NCBI RefSeq assembly: GCF_000143415.4
Contig: NW_003314283.1
Location: 1,850,330 to 1,914,329, forward strand
Length of the DNA: 64,000 bases
Direction of reading: 5' to 3'
DNA from: Selaginella moellendorffii
Lineage: Eukaryota; Plantae; Lycopodiophyta
The notes under the pieces were generated by a model, which saw only the letters and a program-made list of their open reading frames with translations, ran no database searches and was not told the DNA's origin. The translations under genes were made by a program, and so were the position numbers. Positions within the stretch are counted from its first letter, which is position 1; the number at the start of each line of letters is the position of its first letter. Of this stretch, positions 34,013-47,755 are shown piece by piece.

Positions 34013-37000
34013 TCAAGCTCCTGATCCATCTTCCACAGCCGTATACATCAAGGAGGCATTGGGCCCGTCACTCTGAGATAGTACACCTTTCAATTGGCTG
34101 ACATAAAATACCGGATGAATTTTCACCTCAGCTGGCAGCCGCACCCGATAAGCCGCTTTACCAATGTGCTCCAGCACTTCATATGGACCAGCATATCGAT
34201 GGGAAAGTTTATCACTCTTCCCTGTCCGTAAAGGCACCAAGGTGTTCTGCCGGACGGCACTTGACGGAAAGATCACTCGCACAAAGACGAGATCACCCAC
34301 CTTATATTCCTGGAATTGGCGATGCTCATTGGCAAACTTCTCCGCTCTATCCTGAGCTGCTTGCAAATTCCGTTTGCACACCACCAGAATCTCATCAAGT
34401 TCTGTGGCCCGATCAGTTGCCTCGGAATCAAGCTTTTCTTGAACGTCCTTACTCAAATGCAATCCCAACTCCACCGCTATTCAAGGATGCCTTCTAAACA
34501 TCGCAAAATAAGGACTTAGCTTGGTTCCACTGTGTTGGCTATTGTTGTAAGCAAATTGCACCAACAGAAGATATAAATCCCACTGTCCTTGCCTTTGACC
34601 AATACTACAATGTAACATATCCTCCACCACCTGATTCACACGCTCGGTTTGCCCATCTGTCTGAGAATGATCTCCACTCGAGAGTTTCAAAGTCACTTGC
34701 ATAGCCTTTGCAAAGCTTTTCCAAAATCCACTGGTGAACTTTGAATCTCGATCACTAATGATGTCCTCCGGCAAACCAAAATCAGGAAAAACCTTCTCCA
34801 AGTAAACCGCAGCCAAGTCTGAGGCAGTGACAGTCTTCCGAAGAGCCAACAACCGCACATAATTCGTCAACCGATCCACTATGACCCATACTTGCTCCTT
34901 TTGCCTCTGTGTTTGTGGCAAACAAGTGATGAAGTCCATAGAGATACTACACCAACGGCTCTGAGGAATAGGTAAAGGTTGCAAAAGTCCCCCCGGCTTC
35001 TCCCGTGGCACCTTAACCCACTGACAAAGTTCGCCTGATTTACAATACTTGAGGATATCAGCTTTCATATTCCTTCAATAAAAGTTGCGCTTAATCAACT
35101 CATACGTCTTCTTCCCCCCAAAATGACCGGCCTCTGGACGATTATGATAGTGGAATAAAACTTGAGTAATTAACGCATCCACCCGTGGCAAATATACACG
35201 GCCATTATAGTAGAGAATCCCATCCACCAATGAGAAAGGGTCTTCCATTTGGTCTCGCAAAGAGGCCACCTCAGCATCTTGAGCCTGAGCATGCTCAACC
35301 AACTGCCCAAACTCGCTGACCACCTTACTCAAATGATGACAAAATCGTGTTCGTAACGTCGTCACATGACGAACACGAGATAAAGCATCTGCCACCACAT
35401 TTGATTTTCCCGGACGATGCTCAATAGGAAACTCCCCAAACTCCATGAGTTTGACCATCCAACGAGTTTGCCTAGTGTTCAACTCCTTCTGTGTGAAAAG
35501 ATACACAAGTGGTTTGTGATCTGTCAACACCACAAACACTGCACCATAAAGATAGTGCCGCCACGTCTGTAAAGCATGAACAATAGAGAGTAACTCTTGC
35601 TCATATGTGGAATAACGTTGCTCCACGAAATTCAAAGTTCGACTCTCATATGCAATAGGCTGTCCCTCTTGCATGAGAACGCCTCCCAGTGCATAACCAC
35701 TCGCATCGCATGTCACCTCGTAAGGTTTCGATGGATCAGCAATGCGAAGCACTGGAGTCTCGCTCAACAATCGTTTCAACGCCACAAAACTCTCTTCTTG
35801 TGGCTTCTTCCACTCAAATGGCACATTCTTGCGTAACAACCGTGTCAAAGGAATAGCCACCTCTGCAAACTTATGCTGGAAACATCGGTAGTAACTAGCC
35901 ATACCAAGAAAACTGCGCAACTCAACTGTAAGCAACCAAAGGGAACGACTCTAGAGATGATCCATAGGGGTTCAAATATAAAGGGAAAGGGCCCATGAAT
36001 AAGAGTGCACCCCCTTTTCCAATCGGTCAAGGGTCTTGGGATAGTTGGAGTTAAGCGTCCTTGGGTTTGAATAGTACTGGGCTGGGTGACCTCCCGGGAA
36101 GTCCAAACTCAGGAGCTTACATTTGGTATCAGAGGGGTCTCGGGTCCGACTCTGTTGGTTGGCTAAGGGAATCACACCACATGTTGATTGACATCTGGCT
36201 GGTCCAGTTTGCTCCCGCTGGGCTCGACCTGAGGGGTAGGGTGTCAAGAGAGCGAGGCTCTCGGGAGAGCTGCGGCTCTCAGCTTCCGTTCACGAGGGCA
36301 TGAACTTGCAGGGAAGCGTGGTGGATTGTAAGCAACCAAAGGGAACGATTCGAGAGACGATCCATTGGGGTTCAAATATAGAGGGAAAGGGCCCATGAAC
36401 AATAGTGCACCCCTTTTTCCAATCGGTTAAGGGTCTTGGGATATTTGGGGTTAAGCGTCCTTGGGTTTGAATAGTACTGGGCTGGGTGACCTCCCGGGAA
36501 GTCCAAATTCAGGAGTTTACATTTGGTATCAGAGAGGTCTCGGGTCCGACTCTGTTGGTTGGCTTAGGGGAATCGCACCACATGTTGATTGACATCTGGC
36601 TGGTCCAATTTGCTCCCACTGGGCTCGACCCGAGGGGTAGGGTGTCAAAAGAGCGAGGCTCTCGGGAGAGCTGCGGCTCTCAGCTTCCGTTCACGAGGGC
36701 GTGAACTTGCAGGGAAGCGTGGTGGATTGTAAGCAACCAAAGGGAACGACTCTAGAGATGATCTATAGGGGTTCAAATATAGAGGGAAAGGGCCCATGAA
36801 TAAGAGTGCACCCCCTTTTCCAATCGGTTAAGGGTCTTGGGATAGTTGGGGTTAAGCGTCCTTGGGTGTGAATAGTACTGGGTTGGGTGACCTCCCGGGA
36901 AGTCCAAACTCAGGAGCTTACATCAACCACTGTAGTCAGTGTAGGCCAGTTTTCCACCACAGCCACCTTCCTTAGATCCGTCTTGACACCCTTAGATGTC

Positions 37001-39324
37001 ACAATATGGCCTAGATATTCCACCTCTGACTTTGCAAATTCACATTTGCTCTTCTTCGCATAAAGTTTGCTGTCACGAAGTAACAAAAGAACCTTGCGCA
37101 AATGCACCCTATGCTCCTCCATATTTTTGCTAAAAACAAGAATATCATCCAAGAAAATCTCCACAAAGTCATGAAGATAACGCCCAAATACCTTCGTCAT
37201 CAACCGAGTAAATGTGGCCGGTGCATTTGTCAAACCAAACGGCATAATTGTAAACTCAAAATGTCCGAAGCTTGTGTTGAATGCCGTCTTGGAGATAGAT
37301 GCATCATCCATTGCAATCTGATGATATCCACTCCTGAGATCAATCTTGGTAAACACTCGTGCTTCACCAAGTTTGTCCAGGATATCATCCACACGTGGCA
37401 TCGGCATCTTGTCCTTCACTGTCTTCTTGTTTAAAGCACGGTAGTCAATACACATCCGCATTGAACCATCTTTCTTCTTCACAAGCAAGACTGGAGCACC
37501 AAACGGAGACTTACTTAGCTGAATAAATCCAAACTCAAGTAACTCCTTGACTTGTCGTTGAACTTCTTGCTCCTCCGCATAACTTAACCGGAATGGACGC
37601 CAGTAAATGGGCTGTGTCCCCGGCTGCAATGTAATCCCATGCTCCACACCTCGTAATGGAGGCAATCCATGAGGAAGTTCAGATGGAAAAACATCAGAAA
37701 ACTCATCAAGTACATCCCGTACTGCTGCTTCTCCCCCATACGTGCCTTGGTCCCCCAAGTCACGAACAAACAGCAAGTAACTTGAAAGTGCTTTTCCATT
37801 ACGACAAGCCCACTTCAAAGATGTAGCAGAGAGCATAACAACTGGTGGTTGAACACCCTCGCCAAACCACACATCTTTAACGCCACCGTACTCCAGCGAG
37901 ATATGCTTAATGCTCCACTTTATCTCTAGATCCACCTTCACCAACCATGGCATCCCAAGAATGAGATCCACACGATGGATATCTGCGAGATAAAAAGTCT
38001 CCACAAGTGTGGTTTTGCCAACGAACACTTCCAGCCCCTCGACACAAGCATCGAAATGCTGAGCAGAGGTAGCCGCACCTTCCACTGTGTATGGAAGAAC
38101 TCCACGTGTGTTCAGGCAATGCTCCGCAACAAACTTTGCCGAAACAAAGTTGTCATCGCTCCCACTATCCAGTAAAATCCGCACTGGATCGCCACGGAAC
38201 ACGCCCTCCAGCATTAAAGCTGATTCACGCGTATCCTCAAGCTCCATCTTGTTCCACACATAGTTGAGTTGACGAGCAACGATCGAAAGTCGCTTCCTCC
38301 GACCGGAATGGTCATTCTCCTCATCCTCACGCTGCAAAGTTTGCAACTTTTTAGTAACTGACTTACCGTGAGAAGATGATTGGCCATTCTTCTTGTCCTG
38401 CTGCTTGTTCTTCAACTACGGACAATCAGCCTTGTAGTGTCCAAGTTCGCCGCAATGATGACAACCCTGTCTATAATTCTTCACAAATAACTTCTGCTTC
38501 TTGGACCAGCATCTAAAGTAGTCACCACCGACTTCAACTTGTGATGCTTGTTCCCATCCTTGTGTCCACGGTGATCATCACGACGATTCTCGACAGAAGG
38601 ACTCCGCGAACGCTTGCAAGACTTGTGCTTGTCATTGTCAAGTCAACGAGCCATCAAAGAGCTCCTCCAAACTCTTTGTAGGCTGAGAATGACACAAGTG
38701 TTGCTGCATGCTCTCACTATGTAGGCCATCAATGAAGTAGGACTTGTTCTGATCTGGATCCTTCGTTGGAACACGACTAATCAAGCGAGTAAGCTTCTCA
38801 ATATAATCCCCAAGCATCATTTTCCCTTGCTGGAAATGGTGAAGTTCTGTATGAGCATTCTCCACATCGTAATGAGGGGCAAAATGTAAACGGAAAGCAG
38901 CCTCAAACTCATCCATGGTAGACACTGGTGGTTTCTTATCCGCAACACGGGACTCCTCAAGCCAATTCCACCATTGAAGACCTGCATCACGCAAAACCAT
39001 CGGAATAGCCACTAAAGCCTCTGCATCTGGAGTTCCTCTAGCAGCCAAGAACTTCTTCACATTGGCTAGCCAAGCGAGACACTCGTCCACACCACCATCA
39101 CCGGAAAAAGTTGGAATCTTGAGTCGATCTACCAAAGAAGGCTTACTTGGAGCGCTACCCCATCCAGCCTCGAGTGCCTCAACCTGCCCATGCATGGTAT
39201 CCATCATGCCATGCATCTCGTCTTGTATCTCTTGCTGATTTCAGTTAAGGGCTCGCAACTCATGAACCACATCTTGAATGGTCCAAATCTCCGTAGGATT
39301 CCAGCGTTCAGCTTGGTCGGCCAT
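34013..39324 (-). pseudogene. gag-pol: Ty3/Gypsy gag-pol (gag, CCHC, PR, RT, RNase H, IN), disrupted
   Basis: LLDSGS protease, FLDDILVF RT, TCDASGYALG RNase H, ISMDFIT/SDRD integrase, GPY motif; order RT-RH-IN; stops and a Cassandra insertion. Confidence 0.95.
35927..36922 (+). mobile_element. Cassandra TRIM as a tandem three-LTR unit with 5S rRNA-derived LTR cores
   Basis: LTRs 35927-36121, 36327-36521, 36728-36922 contain GTTAAGCGT.CTTGGG...AGTACT.GG.TGGGTGACCTCCCGGGAAGTCC (5S A/IE/C boxes); PBS TGGTATCAGAG; TSD TCAAC on both sides. Confidence 0.95.
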
Positions 39325-39600
39325 TGCAACCAACTGCTCCGATACCAATGTTAGGATCCTATCCCTTACACCCTAAGCCAATGGACTAAAGGGGTGATCA
39401 CTTGATTGCAGGGCCCTTTCTTTATCCTATTATCCTGACCTGGTGCCTAACAATATGATCGCAGACAATCATTCCCTAATAAAGGGAGAATTGTTAGGCA
39501 CCAGATTAAGATAATAAAATAAAGAAAGGGCCTTGCAATCAAGTGATCACCCCTTTAGCCAATTGGCTTAAGGTGTAAGAGATAGGATCTTAACAGATTG

Positions 39601-42600
39601 TGACTATTGATTTTTAGGGTTTTACAGTTAGGGTTTGAACAGGGAAAGGCAAGAGAAAAGTGTTTCAATCTCACAATGCACTTCAAGACACTCCTCAATC
39701 AATATGATAGACACTCTCCAAGACACTCCTTAATCAATTGCTCCCAATGAATTGCCATCTCCTTGCTTTATTTCTTTCATTAGAGAAATAATGTTTTTTT
39801 TCTTGATTTTTGTTTTCTCTTGAACAATAGAAAGGATGGAGATGTCAGTTCTTGTATAAACTTACATCTCCTAGCATTCTATTTTGTTTTTTATTCAGTT
39901 TTTTACCCATCTTGGTCTTATTATTTCTTTTTATTTTCTTGTTGAAACATTGATTCACAAGTGAACCAATATCTCCCTATCATTGTTTTTCCTATAGGTG
40001 AACTTTCCTTGTTTTTATCTTATATCTGGGGGTGAGATTCTTATATTTTAAAAAATAGGGAGAGATAGAGACATCAATTCTTGTGTGAACCAACATCTTC
40101 AAGGATATTGTGATGTTTTTTTCATGATTTTAAAGACTTGACAGTACATTTCTCATGGAAATGGGAGGGTGGAAGATCTCAATTCTCATGCGAACCAACT
40201 TCTCTCATATGTTTGTCATTTTTTCTTTTTCTTCGAGGCATCCCCGATCTCAAGAATTTTTTCTTTTTGAATATTAGAGAGGTAGGGTAAGGTTGGTTCT
40301 TATATGAACCTACCTCTCTTGGTGACTTGCATTTTTTTTCATTGTATTTCTTGTAGTTTACAATTGATTTTTAACTTCTTTTATTTATAAACGTTTCTTG
40401 TGAGAGCAGATATAAATCAAGCTTAATTGGCTAGAACTTCTAAGAGGGGACTTGAATTTATAATGAGACAAGTTTGCTTTACTTTACAAGCTAGACATTA
40501 TAGTATTTTAATTTTTATTTTAGAGGAAGCATCAGACCATAACAATGAGATGGATACTGAGACAAACAATCAAACTGGTTTTAATGATATTGTTATTAAG
40601 GTTGTTGGTACTAGTGCTCTTAATGCTGTGACTGCTAGTGGTAGGGTACTTATGCCTGATGGTGGTGGTGGTGGGGGAGCTGTGCCTTTGGCTGCTGAGG
40701 TTACTTATGGTGGGGTAAATAAGCCTATTGTAGGATATTGGTAGTGTGGTAGCTATATCTACTGTAAAGGCTATTAGAGGTGAAATTGTTTCTCGTATTC
40801 ATAAATTTTAAAAATTTGTGAAACATTTCATAAATCCCTCTCTATATAGGAACTAGTAAAGCATTGGAGGAGTTCATTTACAACATCTCCAAAAGAAAAA
40901 TATCCTTTGCCAAACAAAGCTTTTACTTGGAACTTTTCAACACTTAGCTGCAAAATAATGAAAAATGTTGCAAGACAAGGATAAAGAAGGTAATGAAGGA
41001 GAAGGTATACATTTCTTAAAGTATTCTACTAGTGAGGAGATGTTGCAAGTCTAGAATGAGAAGTTTCTTTCTTACACTTGCATAGATATCACCCTCAAGA
41101 AATATATTCATGTTTGTCTTGTAGAGAGAAATAAGGAAGGTTGGCTTCCTTATGGTGGGATGAGTTTAGCCAAGTTCAAGAACTAATTAGGACAACCATT
41201 TCTTATGAGGTGCATAGTTCAAGTATTTTCTTAATTCTTGTTTATATACTTATATTATTGTTTCACTTTATAGATATTTAAAATAATACCACAATGCACC
41301 CGTATACATGGCTAATGTTTTGCATAGGCTCTTAACTAGAGGCAAGAATCTTATGATGTATAAGATAGAGTTCTATTATCCTTATATATATGAGAGGGAG
41401 TTATGCCTATGGTCCCTTCAACTTGTGGAGCAGATGTCAACATTAAACTTTAAGTTGGATCTCTATCTCAAATGTCATCTAGGTTTGCTTGAATCTCAGC
41501 GCTTAGCTAGGAAATATTAACCTTGAGTTATATTCTTCTTTTCTAAAGGCTCTTTTTAACCATGACGACAATGTTGTTGAAGTTCAACAACAAAACCAAG
41601 AATCCACACTTAGGAAATTGTTTAGGAGATGCCAAATCCAAATACCATTGAACTAAAGGAAATTGTACAAGAGATTCTAGCATAAGAGATTCCAGTGCAT
41701 GCTCCTCACAAGCTCCAAAAGGGCCATCATGAAACTTTCATAAGAGCAAGGACTTTGATTTAGAACTTTTTTTGTTATTATTCTTGACTTTGCTTTTTTT
41801 TTCATAGATGTAGAGAATAGCCACAAGTCTTCTTGGTAGACTAGAACATTCTTTCCATCCCTCCTTATGGCTATAGACAACAACCTAAAAGAGCTCTCTT
41901 TCACAGCTATGCACAAAAGGGTTAGTAAGCATGAATTTTATCTCCAACTTCTAACTCTAATAATTTTTTTTTTAGGTTTGCCCTCTATCCCTAACAGCCA
42001 ATGCTGGGGAAGTTGCTATTCTCATTGGGGATTACATGTGACTTCTAGATGCTATTAATCAAGAGCTCTACATGCTTGATTAGTGGATCCATGGTCTAGG
42101 TCAACTCACACTTTATAAGAAGATTGATTTCATCTTCTTCAATCTTTTTAATAGGATGCACCACCCCATGGGGATACTCTTTCATAGAATGTGTTGCAAG
42201 CTCAATACATTTCCCAAATCTTATAGGTTGCAAGCAGCTTCATGACACACAAGGGTGTGATTGTCATAATCCTTAATGTGGGAAAGCCTTCTTAAATAGC
42301 CATGTTGAGGACATAGGCTAAACGCACCTAGTGACTCTGCATAAGATGGCAAACTGGAATATGAAGATTTTCTTGCACACTTGGTTAACAATGATTACAA
42401 ATGTGACTTCTTTATTTACAAATTAACTCTTTTCTATTTGTTTTGCTAGGTTTATTCTTGGGATTACCATGCTCTATGCCATATTGGGAACTGTCAGAAG
42501 GCCACATGAGCTGACAAGTGTGTTGCTCTTTCTTTATTAGGACATAACAGCTCTATAGACATAATCCTGAAATTGATTGACTCAGAGGTTCTTCATCCAT

Positions 42601-43205
42601 CATTCCCTTGCTATCAACACTGTTCGGTCATGACCATGCAGATCTTGTTGGAGTTCCAAATGAGATTGTGCTTGAGAAGGAGAGTGCCTTTGAGGATATT
42701 CTTAGGAGATTTTGCAATAGGTGATATTAGTGTTTGAAATAATCTATAATATTTATTCTAAAATATTTCTATGTTATTAGATCCACCCTTATCACATGTC
42801 TTGATGATGTGGAAGTTCATATGGACCAAAGTCAATTCCACTTACCTATTTATGCTGAATGCATGGCACAACATTTTATGCAACATGAGCCAATAGTAAA
42901 GGAGCATTCCGCTATACCCATTCCTGCATTTTTGGACATAGAAGCAAAAAAAGACTAAATATTTCTGATTTTAATAATAATTATATTGTTTAATAAATTA
43001 TTTTCTTTCTTTGTAGACAAAAAGACTAGTTAGTGTCAAACCAATAACCTGTGTAAGCTTTTGGAATACCTTAAACACATAAATTTTAACCTAAAAAATC
43101 TTGGTTTACGATGAACTAAGTGCGTAACTTTAGCTAATTAGGGGACTGTATTAACTTCCTTTAACTTTCATTGACTTGAGCTCAACTCAAAAACTACTCA
43201 GCCCC
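39601..43205. mobile_element. Right half of an old MTase-carrying MULE-like element, divergent from the transposase at 31320-33151
   Basis: 41560-43205 is colinear with 3139-3728 plus 16478-17366; terminus GAGCTCAACTCAAAAACTACTCAGCCCC. Confidence 0.65.
41867..42720 (+). pseudogene. Uninterrupted but degenerate copy of the N4C/N6A MTase-like gene
   Basis: Nucleotide homology to 3450-3728 and 16478-17000; KIDFIFFNL; MQILLE. Confidence 0.7.
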
Positions 43206-43549
43206 CCCCAACCCCAACCCCAAAATGGTTCAATAACACCTTAGGGAATTCCTTCAAAATTGGATCCTAAACTTCAATATCTTTCTTATACTTCCCCCCA
43301 AGAGATGCACTTTAGACTTCATTTGTATTAGTAATCTTGGGAAGAATGGTTTTATGATAGGAAGCCAAGGATGGATTGAGAGTGCAATGTTTTGCATATC
43401 GAAGTTTGTGGCATTGTGAAAGAGATTGTCCAAACATACAATAATAGTGATACTCCATTGATTAATGTTTTTGAGTTGGTGAAGTGCACACATAAAATAG
43501 TTACGCATTTCTTTCTAATATGATCATGTCTCATTTGGTGTACGTTTAT

Positions 43550-46290
43550 GGTGGGGTTTATATGAAGTGCATTCAAGAGGAGTTCCATGACATTTTTCTG
43601 GGTGAGTTGCATGATGATTTACCCTCAGAACATAGAATTCAACATGAGATCAACTTTGTTCCTAGAGCTATTCCTTATTATTGATAGCCAGACTTATACT
43701 ATTCTTGCTAAAAATAAGGAGATCAATAGGCAACTTATTGAGTAACTTTGGAAATAGTGGTTATGGATAAGTAAGTTTCCTTGGGCTTCTTTAGTGGTGA
43801 AGGGATTGAATGATGAAGAACATATTACTAATCCCTCGTATTGATTATTTTCTTATTTGTCTTCATAGTGCTCAATACTTTATAAAGATTCATTTGAGGC
43901 AACATATCATCATATTTCTGTTAAGCTGAAAGATGTTCCAAAGACTACATTCTGAACAAGGACAGGTCACTACAAGTTTTTGTAATGCTGTTTGGTTTGA
44001 CAAAAGTTTCTAAAACTTTTCAAAGGTGATGAATCAAATTTTACAACCTTACTTGAGGATGTTTACTATTGATTTCTTGATGATATTCTTGTGTTCAGCT
44101 TTATAGTGGAGGAATATGACATGCATATGTAAAAGTTTTTTGCAACATTTGAGGGACAACAAACTCTACTTAAAGTTATCCCAAGTGCAAGTTTTTCTTA
44201 GAGAAAATTGGATATCTTGGGCATTTGATTTAGTACATAGTGTGAGAGTTAATCCCACAAAAATTCAAGTTATGCTTGATTGGCCTATACCTTTAATAGT
44301 GCATGATCTCTTTGGTATGGCTAGAGTTTTTCGACAATTTGTGAAAGACTTCTCAAAAATATCTACTCTTTTGGTCAATCTTTTTTAGAACATATTGAAA
44401 TTCATAGTTGGGATGAGAAGTGTCAAATATCATTTTAGTGATTGAAGCAATGTTGAGTCTTTTGAAGATTTTTAATCCTAAAAACTCTTTTGTGATCGAG
44501 ACAAATTAAAGTGACATTGCTATTAGAGACATATTGCTTCAAGTTGGGCATCCTCTCACATACATAAGCCATAATTCTGATGCCACATAGTGAAATTGGC
44601 CTACTTGAAATAAGGAGTTGTATGCCGTGATTGTTATTTTGAAGAAATAGTGATATTATATGTATGGATGTGGACTCAAACCATCAATCTCTCCAATATT
44701 TCAGTCATCAAAAAGATCTTCAAGGCCAATTTACTTATTGACAAGAGTTCTTGTAGAAGATATTTGTTAAGATCTAGTGGTGCTAACATATTATCCAAGA
44801 TGATGAATTCTATCTCATTTAAAAAGCTATCCAACAATCTCTTAGATGAGTTTAAAGAGTTTGTTAACTTTAACTCTTTTATCACTTTATTGAGGGACAC
44901 CTCTACAAATTTGAAGGGTGATAAGTTTGTGTCATTTGAGGTACAAAATAGAATCTTGGTAAAGAAAGGATGTGTAGTGGTTCTTTATGTTAACAAACTC
45001 ATCAAATGGATCTTAGTTTAGTGTCATGCAATGGTACTGAAGACATATATATTGGTGAAGAGGCATTTTTTTGGCTTGGGATGAAGTCAAGTGTTGAGAA
45101 GTACATACATAGTTATTTGACTTACCAGGAAATCAAAGTTGATCATCAAAAGTTCACAAGCCTCTATTATCCTCCACATCTACCCAAAAAAAAATAGGAT
45201 AACATCTCAATGGACTTTATCATTAGTTTGTCCTTAGTCCTTTCAAAGAAATGATGTTATTTAGGCTATTATTGATTATTTGATGAATATGGCTACCTAC
45301 TCCCCAAAACCCAAAGCCAAAACCCTATCTCCCCAACTTATCACCCTAGTGGTCAAGTTGGCCAAAACCCAAATAAAGAGGAGTAAACAAAGGTTTATTT
45401 TGTGGCAATATCTACTGCTGCCATTGCTGTTGGTATTGCCATATCACTACCCCATGCTTGAGACCAAATAATCTGTGCCACATTACTTAGCACTGCATTG
45501 TGTTTGGTGCTTGTGGCTTTGGCTTTAGGGAGAGCAAGTTAGCTGTAGATGGGTGGCAATCAGTGGGAAACATGGCTCACTTCTTCCCAATGAAGATAAA
45601 AATTAAAACTTCTAAACTTATTTAGGTATTTGTAGACTGATTATTCAATCTCTAAGGCAAACCTTAATGGTCCCACTCTCTAGGAAAATACAACAGCCTT
45701 GATTGCTATAGGCTTAGTTGATGGAGTGGAGATCCATCCTAAGTATCCAATGAAGTTTCTGCTGGTTGTGTTGAAGGAGGCAATGAGGTTTACTCCTAAG
45801 TCACATCTAAGTTTTAGAAAATGGTTTTTGATAAGCTATAAACTAAGCTAAGCATGAGCATGGTGAGCATCTATAATCAGATGGGTAGATAGAGCTTATA
45901 AATCAATTGTTGGAAGATATGCTTATGAGAAACTTGAGTCAATAAGGAGTATGGAAAAAATACTTGCCTTTACTCCAGTTTATTCATAATAGCGCTCATC
46001 AATCAGCTATTGGCATGTTTCTATTCATGTATGTATCCCATGAGTTTGAGTTTGGCTATGGTTCAAATGCCTCATACTTGTGATTTCTTAGAGGATATGG
46101 AAAACAAACTTGAGTTGGCAAAGTTGATTGTGAGATAAGCTCAAGAATGAGAGAAGAGACTGATTCATAAACATCATCTTCATAGGAGTATAAAATTGGT
46201 GACAAGGTCTTCCTTAAGCTATTGCATGCACAATAATCTTTGAAAGGAGGTGGCAGTGTTAAATTATCTCCATACTATTGTGAGCACTAG
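43550..46290 (+). mobile_element. Old, heavily mutated Ty3/Gypsy pol (RT, RNase H, IN)
   Basis: Remnants such as FLDDILVFS, VNPTKIQVMLDWPIP, KELYA, ISMDFII; many stops. Confidence 0.8.
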
Positions 46291-46609
46291 ATAATTTCAT
46301 AGCCATTTATCACAATATCGGTGTTGTTGTTTGTACATCTTTTCTCCATGGTTATATTGCTTTGGATTCCCATCACATAAGGCTTATTTAGCTTCTAAAG
46401 GCTACTATATGTAGCTTTTTCATAAGGGATAGAAGAATGACACAAAAAACAATAATATTGGCCTAGGGGATTTAAGGCAACACCTTAAGAGTTGGGAGGT
46501 TGGAGCTTGTAAAGAATTTATTTGGTTTGCAGCAACCCTATAGTCGTTTTGAGGAAATGTCCTATAGGGACTAATACAAATAAATTGCTATGCGTTGCAT
46601 GTAGCAACG

Positions 46610-46905
46610 CTTGGTTTGCTTAATGGTAGTTTTATTATTACTTATTAATCTAATTGATCAAATAAAGTTTATAATTATAAGCATGTTTATAATTTATAAA
46701 CACAAGATTAATCTTATTGCATATCAACCATTAGATGATAGAATAAAAAAGAATATACTAGAAAGGGTTTAAGAAAATTTATAATTTATAAACATGTTTA
46801 TAAATTATAAATACCAGATTAATCTAAATGAATACCAACCGTTAGATGGTAGAATATCCTAGAATATCCAAGCATATTCTAGATATATTCAGTCCCAGCA
46901 AACCA
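46610..46905. mobile_element. Possible AT-rich MITE
   Basis: Short inverted ends ttggtttgct...agcaaaccaa; internal ~63-bp direct duplication (46682 and 46792); no clear TSD. Confidence 0.3.
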
Positions 46906-47675
46906 AAAACCAGATGTACTGCCCTCTGGAGAGAACTACCTAGTGAAGCAAAAGCAGGCCTAAACTTGCAATGAGAATGGCTGTAGTACTGTGTCCAGGA
47001 CGACATCCCATCTATGCAGACCTGTGAACACTCTGGCTGTTTTGACCTGGCAAAGTCTGAGCCAAAACCAAAGGTAGGAGGTCCTATGTCTCATAGATTC
47101 CTCCAATCAAGAACCTAGTGAGCTAAACAGATTGTTTAGGGATGCGCTGTTTCCAGAGGTCAGCTGTGAGCTACAATCAAAGCTCTATAAATCACTCTGA
47201 GTGCAACACTCATCTACACAATTAAACATTTTAAACATTCCTAAATGCTTCAAGAGGCATGAGACTACTGTTGTCATCCTCTTCCTTTTATAGCCGTCTC
47301 TCAACATATCTCATTTGTCTCTTATTGAGGATTCTTCCTGCCTGGATCAAGGGAATATGTGTGCATCTCCATGTCATGCCATAAATACTGCATCGATCAA
47401 AACTCAACTTCAACTATTTCCAGTCTAGATGGTAAATGCTAGCTGGGGCAAGAGATCATCACCTAGTGGATAATAAATCTGGGAATTGAAGCACAGAATC
47501 TGTATAGACATTGGCCATGAAACCCTCTCTTGTTCTTAGGTTTTGAGACTGATTTAAAAGGCCTTTTCTTATGTGCATTGAGGCTAGGTAAAGATAACTC
47601 CTCAAACATTAAAGACAATACAATAAAGTTGTGGTATGAAGCTAATCCTGATTTAATCAATGAGTAAGAGCCAAT

Positions 47676-47712
47676 TTAGAGCCTCAGCTTTTTCCTATTC
47701 GGTTCCATATAG

Positions 47713-47755
<43 letters not shown>

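Larger units (their letters stand above)
33416..39452 (-). mobile_element. Chimeric Ty3/Gypsy-TRIM: LTR-A, PBS, gag-pol, PPT, LTR-B, PBS, TRIM internal, PPT, LTR-A
   Basis: LTR-A 39349-39452 and 33416-33519 (104 bp); LTR-B 33706-33938 (233 bp); TSD GTATG/ATATG. Confidence 0.9.
33171..39595 (+). mobile_element. Older TRIM (LTR-A family) interrupted by the Gypsy/TRIM chimera
   Basis: LTRs 33171-33281 and ~39491-39595, PBS TGGTATCGGAG, TSD GATTG at 33166-33170 and 39596-39600. Confidence 0.88.

Noticed and set aside
34013-34100. Chromodomain at the Gypsy integrase C-terminus
   Set aside because: The ORF ends shortly after the GPY/HPVF motif in all three copies, with no recognisable chromodomain
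36050-36104. Functional 5S rRNA genes
   Set aside because: Only the internal promoter part is present, embedded in Cassandra LTRs; 5S ends and T-rich terminator are absent
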